Of a stretch of DNA of 64,000 bases, positions 45,832 through 56,506 are shown one piece after another. The notes beneath the pieces were generated by a model. The model was not told the origin of the DNA, ran no database searches, and saw only the letters and a program-made list of their open reading frames with translations. Location of the stretch: NCBI GenBank assembly GCA_965263175.1, contig OZ253587.1, positions 607,341 to 671,340 on the forward strand. Reading direction: 5' to 3'. This DNA comes from Chloroflexota bacterium. GTDB taxonomy: Bacteria; Chloroflexota; UBA11872. Numbering within the stretch: the stretch's first letter is position 1; each line of letters opens with the position of its first letter. A program made the position numbers and the translations under genes.

Positions 45832-46694
45832 TGCGAGTTGCCCTGCTGTTTCAGCCGCGCATTACCGCCTCGGTCGAGCACGCGAACCGCGTTCAACAAC
45901 GGCTCACGTGCCGTGATCTGGACGCTTGGTGTGTGTCGTCCTGGGAGATCACCGAACGCCCGGCGGATCTGGCGGGGGCCGATCTGGTCGTCACGTTTGG
46001 TGGCGACGGCACCCTGCTCCGGGCCGCGCGCGCCGCCGCGCCGCACGCGGCCACGTGTCTTGGCGTCAACTATGGGCGCCTGGGCTTTCTGACCGAATTC
46101 ACGCCAGACGAATTCGACGCGCGTCTCGACGAGGTGCTCGACGGCGGCTACTGGATTGAAGAGCGCGTGTTGATCGACTGGACGCACCATGACGTCGAGG
46201 GCGTTGTTGCCTCGGGTCTGGCCGCGGGCGACGTCGTAGTGGGTCGAGGACGGATGGCGCGCGTGGTTGAAGTGGAAGTGCGGATCAACGGTGTGGTGCT
46301 GACCACCTATACCGCGGACGGAGTGATCGTGGCCACGCCCACTGGCACCACGGGATATGTGCAAGCGGCGGGCGGACCGGTGCTGCACCCGGAAGTGCGC
46401 GACCTCGTGATGACCCCGATTGTCCCGTTTCTCACGCCGGCGAACTCAATAGTCGTCGGCCATGATGAGCGCGTGGAACTCACCACGTTCACCACACACG
46501 AAGCGACGCTATCCATCGACGGGCAGACGGATCAGTTGCTGACCTCGGGCGACCGCGTCGTTTGCAAGGCGTCCGAACACCTGGCCCGCTTCGCGAGATT
46601 TCGTGAGAGCGACTACTTCTACGCCACGTTGGCCGACAAGCTGCGCTGGCGCGTTCCGCGGGAGATGCCGCGCCCGGTTCACGGGTCGGGCTAA
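45831..46694 (+). CDS. nadK: NAD(+) kinase
   Basis: GGDGTLLRAAR and ADGVIVATPTGTTGY motifs. The start overlaps the tlyA stop. Confidence 0.9.
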   Translation: MRVALLFQPRITASVEHANRVQQRLTCRDLDAWCVSSWEITERPADLAGADLVVTFGGDGTLLRAARAAAPHAATCLGVNYGRLGFLTEFTPDEFDARLDEVLDGGYWIEERVLIDWTHHDVEGVVASGLAAGDVVVGRGRMARVVEVEVRINGVVLTTYTADGVIVATPTGTTGYVQAAGGPVLHPEVRDLVMTPIVPFLTPANSIVVGHDERVELTTFTTHEATLSIDGQTDQLLTSGDRVVCKASEHLARFARFRESDYFYATLADKLRWRVPREMPRPVHGSG

Positions 46695-46700
46695 GCGCGC

Positions 46701-48416
46701 GTGCTCAGGCACGTCAGCGTTCGCGACTTCGCGCTGATCGATGCGGTAGACCTTGCGCTTGAATCCGGACTTAACGTTCTTACCGGGGAAACGGGCGCCG
46801 GCAAGTCGATCCTGATCGATGCCCTGGCGCTGGTGCTGGGTCGCCGGGCGCATCCAGCCGACGTCCGGCCGGGCGCGTCGCGCGCGTATGTGGAAGCCGT
46901 GTTCGAGACGACGTCGGCTCCGGCTGCCGCGGTTCTCGAGGCGTACGGGGTGGAGGCCGACGAGTCGTTGATCCTGTCACGCGAAGTTCGGGGCGCCGGC
47001 CGGTCGACCGCGCGAATCAACGGGCGTGCCGTACCGGTGCGCGCCCTGGCGGACCTGGGGCGCCGGTTGGTTGAGGTGCATGGGCCGAGCGAGCACCAGT
47101 CGCTCTTTCGCCGTTCGCAGCAGCTCGAGTATCTGGATCGATTCGCCGGTTTGATGCCGAAGCGTGACGCCGTGGGCGAGCTGGCGCGCGACTTGCGATT
47201 CACCCAACGAGAGATAGATGACCGCCAACGCGCCACGAGGGAAACCGCGCGCGAGATCGATCTGTTGACCTTTCAGGTCAATGAGATTGACTCAGCGGGA
47301 TTGACGGTCGGGGAAGACGAGCGACTGCGGACCGATCGGATGATCCTGGCCAACGCGGAACGGTTGCGAGATCTGGCCAGCCAGACGGCTGCTCGGTTGC
47401 AGGGGGAAGCGCTGGATCCGGCGCCCGACATCTTCGGCTCGACTCGGGAGGCGGCAGACGAGATGGCGACGTTGGACCCCGCCGTGCGTCCCCTGGCTCA
47501 GCTAGCCGCTCAACTGCAGGAACTGGCCTCCGACCTGGCGCTCACGGTGCAGTCGTACGCTGAAAACGTGGAGGCCGACCCGGCGCGTCTGCAGCAGATC
47601 GACGAGCGTCTGAACCATATCGAAACGCTGATTCGGAAATACGGCGACACCCCCGCGGACGTGCTCGCCTACGGCGAGGAGGCGCGGGCCCGGCTGGACG
47701 AACTCGATCGCGGGGATGCCCGCATCGAAGCGCTGCGCGACCACGCGGCTCGGTTGCGGGACCGCCTGACTCCCGCGGTCGCAACGCTTTCGGCAGAGCG
47801 GCGGCGGGCTTCCGGTGAGTTGGCGGAGGCCGTGGCTGCCCAGTTGGCCGACCTGAATATGCCGTCCGCCAGATTTCAGGTCAGTCTGCGTCGGCAGGCC
47901 GATGCGGACGGCCTTCCGGTTGAGGGTGAGTCTGAACCGGTCGCCTTCGATGAATCGGGCATGGATCAGGTCGACTTCCTGCTCGGTGTGAATGTGGGAC
48001 AGCCGCCGCGGCCGCTGGCTGAGGTGGCGTCCCAAGGCGAACGCTCGCGGATTCTGCTGGGACTCAAAGTGGTGCTGGCGAAGGTGGACCAGACGCCTAC
48101 GCTGGTATTTGACGAGATTGACGTCGGCGTGGGGCCGAGGGCTGGCGATATCGTTGGGCAGAAGCTGGCGGCGTTGGCTGCCTGGCGCCAGGTGCTCTGT
48201 ATCACCCACTTGGCCCCAGTGGCGGCATTCGGCGACACGCACTTCGTGGTGGCGAAATCGGACGCGCACGGAGAGTCGAGGACGGGTGTCTCACGGGTGG
48301 ATGGGCACCGGGTCGTCGAGGAAATTGCGGCCATGAGCGGCGTGTCCACCGCCGCCGGGCGCCGAGTGGCCCGCGACCTGATAGCCGCGGCCCAGTCGTG
48401 GAAGCGCGACGGATGA
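46701..48416 (+). CDS. recN: DNA repair protein RecN
   Basis: MLRHVSVRDFALIDAVDLALESGLNVLTGETGAGKSILIDAL, a long coiled coil and a C-terminal SMC-type signature region. The tlyA-nadK-recN order is a widely conserved cluster. Confidence 0.92.
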   Translation: MLRHVSVRDFALIDAVDLALESGLNVLTGETGAGKSILIDALALVLGRRAHPADVRPGASRAYVEAVFETTSAPAAAVLEAYGVEADESLILSREVRGAGRSTARINGRAVPVRALADLGRRLVEVHGPSEHQSLFRRSQQLEYLDRFAGLMPKRDAVGELARDLRFTQREIDDRQRATRETAREIDLLTFQVNEIDSAGLTVGEDERLRTDRMILANAERLRDLASQTAARLQGEALDPAPDIFGSTREAADEMATLDPAVRPLAQLAAQLQELASDLALTVQSYAENVEADPARLQQIDERLNHIETLIRKYGDTPADVLAYGEEARARLDELDRGDARIEALRDHAARLRDRLTPAVATLSAERRRASGELAEAVAAQLADLNMPSARFQVSLRRQADADGLPVEGESEPVAFDESGMDQVDFLLGVNVGQPPRPLAEVASQGERSRILLGLKVVLAKVDQTPTLVFDEIDVGVGPRAGDIVGQKLAALAAWRQVLCITHLAPVAAFGDTHFVVAKSDAHGESRTGVSRVDGHRVVEEIAAMSGVSTAAGRRVARDLIAAAQSWKRDG

Positions 48417-48569
48417 CTCTTGGAAGGGTCCGGGCGCCGGCCTGCCAAACCGAGGTCTGGCGGCGACTGACTGGTCCGGTGATAGGCTGCTCGCGCCGTG
48501 GGGGGCGGCCAGCTGGGTTTCACCCGCGCGTTCCGCAGGGGCGCCGCGGGGCCTGGGTAGGCCCGCGGC

Positions 48570-50096
48570 GTGGTCCCAATGCAAATTGAACTCACGCACC
48601 CGTTTGCTCGTGACACTTCGTGGCCCGCGTTTCGGGCCACGGCGTACGGGTCTGACGCGTTTCAGCAACGCCTCGTTCCCCTGGCTCGCCGTTGGCAGCG
48701 TTACCGAACGTTGCAGGCCGCGCCGCGGGTTCTGACCTTTGGGTTCGGTGTGGCGTTGCTTCTTGCCGTTGGTGTTTCGGTGTTGGGCTTGCCGAATCTC
48801 GTGGTGGGCCTGGCTCTGAGCGCGGCGTTGGCGCCAGTGATTCCATTGGCCGCGCGATCACTGGTGGCGCCCTCGCCGCTGGCCGCGGCGCTAGCCTATG
48901 ACCGGCGGCTGGGGATGTTCGAGCGCTTGTCCACGGCGGTTGCCGGCTCGCAGGCGGACTCGCACATGCAGGACTTACAGCGGCGCGACGCGCTACGGGC
49001 CCTGGCGAATGTCAATGCCGCCTTCGCGTTTCCCTATCGCGTGTCCCGAGGCGACTTGGGAATCCTGGCGGTTGCCGCGGCGGCCTTGGCCGCCGGCCTG
49101 TTGGCCTCGACCGCCGACTTGCTGCCGCGGGTCGGTGAGCGCGTGCCGGCATCAGCGCTGGCGGCGAGCGCGGGCGCCGCGGTCGACGGCTCAGCTCCGG
49201 CGCTGGTGGATCCAGCCGCGCTGGCTCGGGCGGACGAGATTCGCGCCGCAATGGCGGAACTCGAACAACAGCGCGATCCCGATGCCGCGCCGGCGGCGTT
49301 GGCCGCCGAGGCCGCTGGGGAGACGCTGCGGCGGACATCCGAGGGACGCCGACTTGGACGCTCGCTCGACAGCGGTGACTTCCAGGCCGCGGCAGCCGAA
49401 GCGCGCGAACTGGGCGGGCAACTTGCGGAGATGAACAGCACTCGAATGGACGAGTTGGCGCAAGGACTGCGGCAAGCGTCGGATCGCGCCGCGGGCTTCG
49501 ACCCAGGTCTGGCGGAACAGTTGCGCGCGGCTGCGGCGGCGCTGGATCGGGGACAGCTGGCCGACGCCCGCAGTGCGTTGGAACGACTGGCCGAGGAGAT
49601 CGAGACGGTTGGCGGAACGATCGAAACCGATCGTGGGCTCGAAGCGCAACTCGATCAGCTTGCCCGCCAACTGGCGGAGGCGGAAGGGGCAGCCCAGGGC
49701 ACGATGCCCGGTAGCGAGAGTGACTCGCTCGGCGCCGCGGTCGCTGGGGCGGCGGAGGCCGCGGCGCCGGCCGACGCCGGTGCCGAGACTGGCGACGGTA
49801 TGACTGGCGGCGGTGACTCAGCGGCCAGCGGACGCGCGCTGGAGGGGACGCTAGAGACGCTTGCGCCCGAACAGCGACTCAGCGTCGACGGTCAGCTCGA
49901 GATCGTTGAAATCAAGCCGACCGAGGAAGGCGCCGAGCTGGTCGAGCGACCGGTTCTGGAACTGGGTCCCGGCGGTTCGTCCGGATTCGAGGCTTCGGCC
50001 GGCGACCGCGGATTCGCTGTCGGGCGGCAGGACGTTGCCCGGAATGTCCCACTGGATATGCTGCCAATGATGGATCGTTACTTCGCCGCGCCATGA
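48570..50096 (+). CDS. membrane-anchored Ala/Glu/Arg-rich hypothetical protein (508 aa)
   Basis: Two N-terminal hydrophobic segments, then a long low-complexity helical region. The stop overlaps the moxR ATG (ATGA). ATG 48579 is an alternative start. Confidence 0.55.
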   Translation: MVPMQIELTHPFARDTSWPAFRATAYGSDAFQQRLVPLARRWQRYRTLQAAPRVLTFGFGVALLLAVGVSVLGLPNLVVGLALSAALAPVIPLAARSLVAPSPLAAALAYDRRLGMFERLSTAVAGSQADSHMQDLQRRDALRALANVNAAFAFPYRVSRGDLGILAVAAAALAAGLLASTADLLPRVGERVPASALAASAGAAVDGSAPALVDPAALARADEIRAAMAELEQQRDPDAAPAALAAEAAGETLRRTSEGRRLGRSLDSGDFQAAAAEARELGGQLAEMNSTRMDELAQGLRQASDRAAGFDPGLAEQLRAAAAALDRGQLADARSALERLAEEIETVGGTIETDRGLEAQLDQLARQLAEAEGAAQGTMPGSESDSLGAAVAGAAEAAAPADAGAETGDGMTGGGDSAASGRALEGTLETLAPEQRLSVDGQLEIVEIKPTEEGAELVERPVLELGPGGSSGFEASAGDRGFAVGRQDVARNVPLDMLPMMDRYFAAP

Positions 50097-51106
50097 CACT
50101 GGCCGTTGACGGGTCTGAAGCCACGGAACGCCAGGCCCAGGACTTTCGCGACCTGGCCGCCGCTATTGTCGGCGAGGTGGGCAAGTTCATTGTCGGTCAG
50201 CGCGAGATCGTGCGCGACACCGTCGTCTGCCTCATCGCCGGTGGCAACGTGCTGATCGAAGGCGTACCGGGTCTTGGCAAGACCGAGCTGGTGCGCACCC
50301 TGGGCCGGGCGATCGATCTGCGCTTCAGTCGCATTCAATTCACGCCCGACCTGATGCCGGCCGACATCACGGGCACGAACGTGGTGATGGACGGGTCGGA
50401 CGGGCAGCGCACGTTTCGATTCGAGCCGGGGCCGGTGTTCGCCAATTTGGTTCTGGCCGACGAGATCAACCGGGCCACGCCAAAAACCCAGTCGGCGCTG
50501 CTGGAAGCGATGCAGGAGCGGCAGGTCACCGTGGCCCGCGACGTGCACGTGCTGGACCCGCCCTTCTTTGTCATGGCAACGCAAAACCCGATCGAAATGG
50601 AAGGCACCTATCCGCTGCCCGAGGCGCAGGTCGACCGTTTTATGTTCAAGCTGGTTGTGAACTACCCCTCGGCGGGCGAGCTGACCGAAATCCTGGACCG
50701 GACCACCGGGGCGGACCAGCCAGACGTCGCTCGCGTGGCCACGGGCGACGATTTGCTGGCGATGGGCGCGTTTGCCAGGCGCGTGGCCCTGGCCCCGCAC
50801 GTTGGGCGGTACGTCGTGGATCTTGTCAAGGCCACGCATCCGCACGACCCGACCGCGCATGACCTCTGCCGCCAATACGTGCGTTATGGCTGCTCGCCGC
50901 GCGCCGCCCAGTCAATGGTGCTAACCGCCAAGGTGTACGCCATGTTGGATGGTCGCTACAACGTGGGCTTTGACGACATCCGCGCCGCGGCCCGCCCCTC
51001 GATGCGCCATCGGCTGCTCCTGAACTTTGAGGCCGAGGCCGACGGTGTCGCGTCGGAGCACATTCTGGACGCCATCCTCATGTCCACCCGCCGGGCAGGT
51101 GACTGA
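50093..51106 (+). CDS. MoxR-family AAA+ ATPase
   Basis: Walker A GVPGLGKT, Walker B/sensor ADEINRATPKTQSALLEAMQE and PLPEAQVDRF. Confidence 0.92.
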   Translation: MTLAVDGSEATERQAQDFRDLAAAIVGEVGKFIVGQREIVRDTVVCLIAGGNVLIEGVPGLGKTELVRTLGRAIDLRFSRIQFTPDLMPADITGTNVVMDGSDGQRTFRFEPGPVFANLVLADEINRATPKTQSALLEAMQERQVTVARDVHVLDPPFFVMATQNPIEMEGTYPLPEAQVDRFMFKLVVNYPSAGELTEILDRTTGADQPDVARVATGDDLLAMGAFARRVALAPHVGRYVVDLVKATHPHDPTAHDLCRQYVRYGCSPRAAQSMVLTAKVYAMLDGRYNVGFDDIRAAARPSMRHRLLLNFEAEADGVASEHILDAILMSTRRAGD

Positions 51107-52004
51107 CCGGACGGCTGGTGCGGCCTTGCCGGCGTTTGCGCCGGACGCCACGCTCCGCGCCAAGCTGTCTCACCTGTCGCTCGTTTCACAGCGTCCACAC
51201 GGTCATCTGCACACAGGTGGGCGGCGTAGCCGGGCGACCGGCTCGTCGCTCGAATTCGCGGACCACCGAGCGTATAGCCCGGGCGACGACTACCGGCAGA
51301 TTGACTGGAACATCTACGCGCGTACTGACGAGCTGTTCGTAAAGGTCCGTGAGTCGGAGGAGACGCTGGTTGCGCATCTGCTGCTGGACGTCAGCGGCTC
51401 AATGTCGTACGGCACGCCCGCAAAGTTTGATACCGCGCGCGCGGTGCTGGCCGCACTTGGCTGGACGGCGCTTGCCAGCCGCGACGTTGTTGCGGGGGCC
51501 GCCCTAGGCGCCGACCTGGGCGAGACGTTTGCGCCCCGGCAGGGCGAGGCCTATGTCAGACGCTTCTTCGAATTCCTGCAACGCCAGCACCCGTCGGGCG
51601 AGACCGGGCTCCCGCGTGCCGTTTCCTCTTACAACGCCCGCGCACTGCCCCACGGCGTTGCCGTTCTGGTCTCAGACCTGCTCGCTCCGGACGCGCCGCG
51701 CGCCATTGGCGCACTCGCCCAACGCGGGCATGAGCTAACGGTGATCCACGTGCTTGACGATGATTTCGTCAACCCGGAGTTCGCTGATGAGGTCGAACTC
51801 ATAGACGCCGAGGGCGGTAGCACGCTGGAAATCCTTGGCGACGTTGAACTTCTGCGAGCCTATCGGCAGGCCGTCGGCGATTGGTCGAGCGACCTGCAGC
51901 GGTTCTGTCACCGACGGCACGTGCGCTATGTGCCGATTCGATCGAACTGGGCGGTTGAGGAGATCGTGCTGCGGCGCCTTCGCGAGCACGGAACTTTGGC
52001 GTGA
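51099..52004 (+). CDS. DUF58 domain protein
   Basis: GSSLEFADHRAYSPGDDYRQIDWNIYARTDELFVK is the DUF58 signature. GTG 51099 overlaps the moxR end by 8 nt. Confidence 0.85.
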   Translation: MTDRTAGAALPAFAPDATLRAKLSHLSLVSQRPHGHLHTGGRRSRATGSSLEFADHRAYSPGDDYRQIDWNIYARTDELFVKVRESEETLVAHLLLDVSGSMSYGTPAKFDTARAVLAALGWTALASRDVVAGAALGADLGETFAPRQGEAYVRRFFEFLQRQHPSGETGLPRAVSSYNARALPHGVAVLVSDLLAPDAPRAIGALAQRGHELTVIHVLDDDFVNPEFADEVELIDAEGGSTLEILGDVELLRAYRQAVGDWSSDLQRFCHRRHVRYVPIRSNWAVEEIVLRRLREHGTLA

Positions 52005-53839
52005 CCTGGATTGCGCCGCTCGCTTTTGCGTGGGCGGGTCTGACCCTGGCGGTGCTGGCCTTCTATGCGTTGCGACCGCGCCGTCAGCGCATTGTTGTTG
52101 CCTCCCTACTCGTCTGGCGGCGAACGATTCATGCGCGGGCCGACGACACGTGGCTGGCCTGGCTGCGACGCCATGCCCTCCTCCTGATCCAGCTGCTGAC
52201 CGTGGTGGCTTTCGCGCTGGCGCTGGCGCGGCCCGAGCGCCTGGCAACGGTCCAACCTGGTCCGCCGGTGGCGCTGGTTATGGACGTCTCGGCGTCAATG
52301 GCAATCAGCGACCAAGACGGGATCCCGCGGATGCAGCGTGCCCGGCACGAGGCCGCCACGCTGGTTGACTCGCTCGATGAGGATCGACGCGTTTCGCTCA
52401 TCACCGCGGGCGCCGTTCCGCGAACGCTTGTCGCGGAGTCAATCGATCGCGCGGAGGTGACGCGTGCGCTGGATGGGATCGAGCCCGAGGCCTCGCATGG
52501 TCGAATCGACGCGGCACTAGATTTGGCGCGCTCGCTGGCTAACCCGGCGGCGGGCGGTATTGTGGCGCTCTTTACCGATCAGGCGTCCGCGGGCGGTCCA
52601 AATCCCGCCTATGCCGGAGTGCGCCCGGTGATCGTCGGCGAGCCGGCGCCGAATGTTGCGCTGGTGTCGTTCCAGGTTCGACGGCGGCTCGACGTCCCGA
52701 ACGCGGTCGAGGGCGTTGCCGTTGCGCGTAACGACGGACCGACGCAGGTCGAAGCCGCAATCTTGCTAACAGCCGGCCGCGGCTCGCCGACAAGCAGAAC
52801 CGTCAATCTCGCCCCGGGTGCGCGCCAAATCATCGTGTTCGACGACATGCCGGTCACAGCAGGCTACAAGGCCGAGATTCGCGCTCCGGACGACGCCTTG
52901 TCGGCCGATGACCTGGCGTTCGCCTCACTGGCCGAGCCCTCCCCGCTAACAGTCGTGGTCGTTGGCGACGAGCCCTGGCCGATTGTTAGGGCGTTGCAGG
53001 CCGTGCCCGCGGTGACGGCGCAAGCCGTAAGCGTCGATTCGTTCGACCAAGAAGCCAGTCCCGCCGATCTCTACGTATTCCAGGGATTCGCTCCCGAGTG
53101 GCTGCCGCCCGCCTCCGCCGTGTTTGTGCAGCCTCCGGCGATGCTCGGCCTGGGGATCGACACGCCGGTCACCGCCGACACACTGCCGCTGGCGCTGCCG
53201 GACAGCCCGCTGCTGCGTTCGGTGGACGTTGGCGATCTGCTTTCCGGCGCGGACGTGACGTACGCGCCGCCTCCCTGGGCGCTGGTTGACCTCAGCGTTG
53301 GCGACCGCGCTCTGCTTGCCCACGGCGTGCTTGAAGGCCATCGTACGGCTGTCATCGGGTTTGACGTGGCCGGTCCCCGTGTAAGCCAGGCGCCGTGGTT
53401 CCCGTTGTTCTGGTCCAATCTCGTTCGCTGGGCTGATCCGTTTTCGCCTCTGCCGGAAGGCGCTCAACTCGAGCCTGGACGTCCATCGCGCCTGCTTCCG
53501 CATCCCCGTGCGGATCGAATCACCGTTACGAATCCAGCCGGGGACACAACTGAGTTCGCCGCACCGGGGCCCGCGGTCCTCGACGTGCGCTCGCCCGGCG
53601 CCTACACGGTGCGTCAGTTCGTGGGACCGGAACTGATGGCCCAATCGTCGATCGACTTCGTCCCGCGCCTGTCGACCCGGGCAGCGCGAGTCGGCGTGCC
53701 CGCGGCGCCGGTTGCCACAGACGAGTCGGCCGCGAGCATTAGGAAGCAGATTGAGATCTGGCCGTGGCTGGCCGGATTAGCTCTGGCGTTTCTGCTGATC
53801 GAATGGTGGGTGTTTCACCGGGTTCGGGGAGTCCGCTGA
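52001..53839 (+). CDS. BatA-like protein: aerotolerance-regulator N-terminal domain plus VWA domain
   Basis: MTWIAPLAFAWAGLTLAVLAFYALRPRRQ (BatA N-terminal pattern), VWA MIDAS start VALVMDVSASM and a C-terminal TM helix. Confidence 0.8.
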   Translation: MTWIAPLAFAWAGLTLAVLAFYALRPRRQRIVVASLLVWRRTIHARADDTWLAWLRRHALLLIQLLTVVAFALALARPERLATVQPGPPVALVMDVSASMAISDQDGIPRMQRARHEAATLVDSLDEDRRVSLITAGAVPRTLVAESIDRAEVTRALDGIEPEASHGRIDAALDLARSLANPAAGGIVALFTDQASAGGPNPAYAGVRPVIVGEPAPNVALVSFQVRRRLDVPNAVEGVAVARNDGPTQVEAAILLTAGRGSPTSRTVNLAPGARQIIVFDDMPVTAGYKAEIRAPDDALSADDLAFASLAEPSPLTVVVVGDEPWPIVRALQAVPAVTAQAVSVDSFDQEASPADLYVFQGFAPEWLPPASAVFVQPPAMLGLGIDTPVTADTLPLALPDSPLLRSVDVGDLLSGADVTYAPPPWALVDLSVGDRALLAHGVLEGHRTAVIGFDVAGPRVSQAPWFPLFWSNLVRWADPFSPLPEGAQLEPGRPSRLLPHPRADRITVTNPAGDTTEFAAPGPAVLDVRSPGAYTVRQFVGPELMAQSSIDFVPRLSTRAARVGVPAAPVATDESAASIRKQIEIWPWLAGLALAFLLIEWWVFHRVRGVR

Positions 53840-53842
53840 CCT

Positions 53843-56485
53843 GTGGTTCTTGATCGTCCCTGGCTTCTCATCCTGTTTGCGACGCTGCCAGCCGCTGTCT
53901 GGCTGTCGTACGCGAGCGTCGCGCGTCATTCGGGAATTCGGATGGGTCTGGCGACGCTACTCCGTCTGGTCGGACTGGCCGCGATCGTCCTCGCTCTGGC
54001 CGGCTTCGCGATCGGTCGCGACACCCGGCCGGCTACCGTCTTCGTCGTTGATACATCCGACAGCGTGCTACTGGCCGAACGCGCCAACGCGCGTGCGATC
54101 GTTGACGCCTTTGTCCAGACATTCGGGTCGGATACGCCGGTTGGGGTCGTGCAGTTTGGCGCCGGCGCGGCGGTGCTGGCAGCCCCACAGCGCCTGAACG
54201 ATGCGCCGTCCTTGCGCTCCGATCTGCCCGGAGATGACAGTAACTACGAGGCAGGGATCCTGGCGGCGTTGGGTCTGCTCGATCCTGACATCGGCGGGCA
54301 GCTCGTGCTTCTGTCAGACGGCGCCGGGGCTGGGCCGCACCTGGAGGCGGCCGCACAAACGGCCGCGGCGCGGGGTGTACCGATCTCAGTTGTGCCCGCC
54401 GCTGCGACTCGAGGAGCGGACCTTGTCGTTAAGGCCGTCGAAGTCCCAGAAGCCGTCCACAGCGGCACGGCCATTCAGGCACGCGTACGGATCGCATCGC
54501 AGCGGCGCACGACGGCGCGTCTGCGGCTTTGGGACGGTGAGCGTCTGATCAGCGACGGTCCGATTGTCGTCGCGACGGGCACGCGCACGTACGGGGTGGA
54601 GTTGGCGGGGTTAGAGCCCGGATTTCATCGTCTTCGGGCCGAGCTGCTGGAGGACGTGGATCCCCGTCTGGCCAACAACGTTGCCGAGACATTCGTGCGC
54701 GTGGCCGAGCCTGGGCGGGTGCTCACGATCGGCGACACGTCCCAGATCCGGGCGGCGCTACGGGCCGCGGACTTTGAGGTCAGGGAGGTCGCGCCCAGCG
54801 CGCTGGGCGGCGTCGACCTGACGCAGTTCGAGGCCGTCGTTGTGTCCAACGTGCCGGCCGACGCGTTCGAGCCCGACGCGCTGGAGGCCCTCCGTGCGCA
54901 CGTGGCCGGCGGACGGGGTCTGGTGGTGCTGGGCGGTCCCGACAGCTTCGCCGCCGGCGGTTACCAGGGCACCGCCATGGACGAGGCGTTGCCGGTCTGG
55001 TCGGACCCCACCGAGGAGACGCCCGAGCCCCGCCTGGCGTTGGTGCTGGTTATCGATCGGTCATCCAGCATGGCCGAGGGCGCCAGCGAAGGACACGCCA
55101 AGATCGACATGGCCATCGAGGCGGCCATAGACGCCGTGGATCTGCTTGAAGAGGGCGACATCCTCGGAGTGATGACCTTTGACATCGACTCGCAATGGGT
55201 CGTGCCGCCGCGCGAATTGAGTTCCGCGGCGGACGTGGCCACGGCGATCGACCGCATCCGCGGGATCCAGATTGGGACATCCACCGATCTGGCGCGCGCG
55301 ATGTTCTTTGCACGGTCGCGCCTGGACCAGGTCAGCGCCTCGATCAAGCACGTGGTGCTGCTGACGGACGGGCGTGCTCACTACGGCAACTTCGACGGCC
55401 TGACACGCTCGCTGCGCCGTCGAGACATCACGGTCTCGTCGATCGCCGTGGGCGAGCAATCCGACCAGGAACTGCTGGAGCGCATCGCCCGCATAGGCAA
55501 TGGTCGCTACTACTACGTCCCGGACCCCCTTGCGATACCGCGGGTTCTGACGCAGGAGACCCTGACGGCGGGCGAGTTTGCCGTGGTCGAGCGGGAATTC
55601 CAGCCTCGGATGGATGCGCCGAGCCCAGTGTTTACCGGAGTGCTGGCTGGGCAGGAATTACCGGACCTGCGGGGCTACGTGCGAACCCGCGCCAAACCCA
55701 CGGCCGAAGTGGTGCTGAGTTCCGACAACAACGACCCGATCCTGGCTCAGTGGCAGTATGGCCGGGGTCGAGCCATTGCCTGGACGTCCGACGCGGGCGC
55801 GGACTGGGCTGAGGAGTGGCTCGCCTGGGATGGCTTTGCGCCGTTTCTGCGTCAGGCGGTTCAGTGGGTCAGCCCGCTGCCCGGCGCCGTGGCCGGCAGC
55901 CCGCGCGTAGCAGCCGTGTTCGCTGACGGCGCTGCGGTAATCGAGGTCGACGCGGTCGACGCGGCGGGACGATTCCTGAATGGGCTTGACACAAACCTGG
56001 CCGTGGTTGGCGCGGACGGCGCCAACCAGACGCTGGTTGCCGAGCAGGTTGGACCCGGTCGGTACGAGGGCAGGCTGGATGGTCTGTTGCAGGGGGTGTA
56101 CGAGATCGAGGTCACGCAGCGCGACGCCGCCGGCGTCGCGCGAACGGCGCGCTCGGGGTTCGTCGTACCCGCGCCTGACGAGATCGGCCACATCACGCCC
56201 GACCACCGCGCGCTGCGGCGCGTTGCCGCGTTGACCGGCGGCGTGAACGTCGAGTCCAGCGGTGATCTGGCCTCGCTGGCGCTCCGCGGCGACCACGCCG
56301 CACAGCTTGGATGGGCTCAACTTCTCACGATTGCCCTGCTGGCCTTTGTGGCTGATGTCGCGGTGCGGCGGCTGGCTGGCCGTCCGCGGGAGATTCGGGA
56401 CCGCATGGGCGAGCGTGTAAGATCGCTGCGTGCGGCGCTTGGCGCGTTGCGGCGCTTGCACTGGCCGATTTCGCGCACCGCCTGA
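53843..56485 (+). CDS. large membrane protein with two VWA domains (BatB/BatA-like)
   Basis: N-terminal LDRPWLLILFATLPAAVWL, two MIDAS-type starts VFVVDTSDS and LVLVIDRSSSM, and a C-terminal TM helix LLTIALLAFVADVAV. Confidence 0.8.
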   Translation: MVLDRPWLLILFATLPAAVWLSYASVARHSGIRMGLATLLRLVGLAAIVLALAGFAIGRDTRPATVFVVDTSDSVLLAERANARAIVDAFVQTFGSDTPVGVVQFGAGAAVLAAPQRLNDAPSLRSDLPGDDSNYEAGILAALGLLDPDIGGQLVLLSDGAGAGPHLEAAAQTAAARGVPISVVPAAATRGADLVVKAVEVPEAVHSGTAIQARVRIASQRRTTARLRLWDGERLISDGPIVVATGTRTYGVELAGLEPGFHRLRAELLEDVDPRLANNVAETFVRVAEPGRVLTIGDTSQIRAALRAADFEVREVAPSALGGVDLTQFEAVVVSNVPADAFEPDALEALRAHVAGGRGLVVLGGPDSFAAGGYQGTAMDEALPVWSDPTEETPEPRLALVLVIDRSSSMAEGASEGHAKIDMAIEAAIDAVDLLEEGDILGVMTFDIDSQWVVPPRELSSAADVATAIDRIRGIQIGTSTDLARAMFFARSRLDQVSASIKHVVLLTDGRAHYGNFDGLTRSLRRRDITVSSIAVGEQSDQELLERIARIGNGRYYYVPDPLAIPRVLTQETLTAGEFAVVEREFQPRMDAPSPVFTGVLAGQELPDLRGYVRTRAKPTAEVVLSSDNNDPILAQWQYGRGRAIAWTSDAGADWAEEWLAWDGFAPFLRQAVQWVSPLPGAVAGSPRVAAVFADGAAVIEVDAVDAAGRFLNGLDTNLAVVGADGANQTLVAEQVGPGRYEGRLDGLLQGVYEIEVTQRDAAGVARTARSGFVVPAPDEIGHITPDHRALRRVAALTGGVNVESSGDLASLALRGDHAAQLGWAQLLTIALLAFVADVAVRRLAGRPREIRDRMGERVRSLRAALGALRRLHWPISRTA

Positions 56486-56506
56486 ACCTGGCGACGCCTC
56501 GAATTC

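Noticed and set aside
50093-56485. MoxR plus VWA genes as a novel NTPase-based conflict/defence system
   Set aside because: The gene order MoxR-DUF58-BatA-VWA is the well-known Bat-like housekeeping operon. There are no effector domains (nuclease, protease, TIR and the like) or signs of mobility. Only the leader gene is flagged as unusual.
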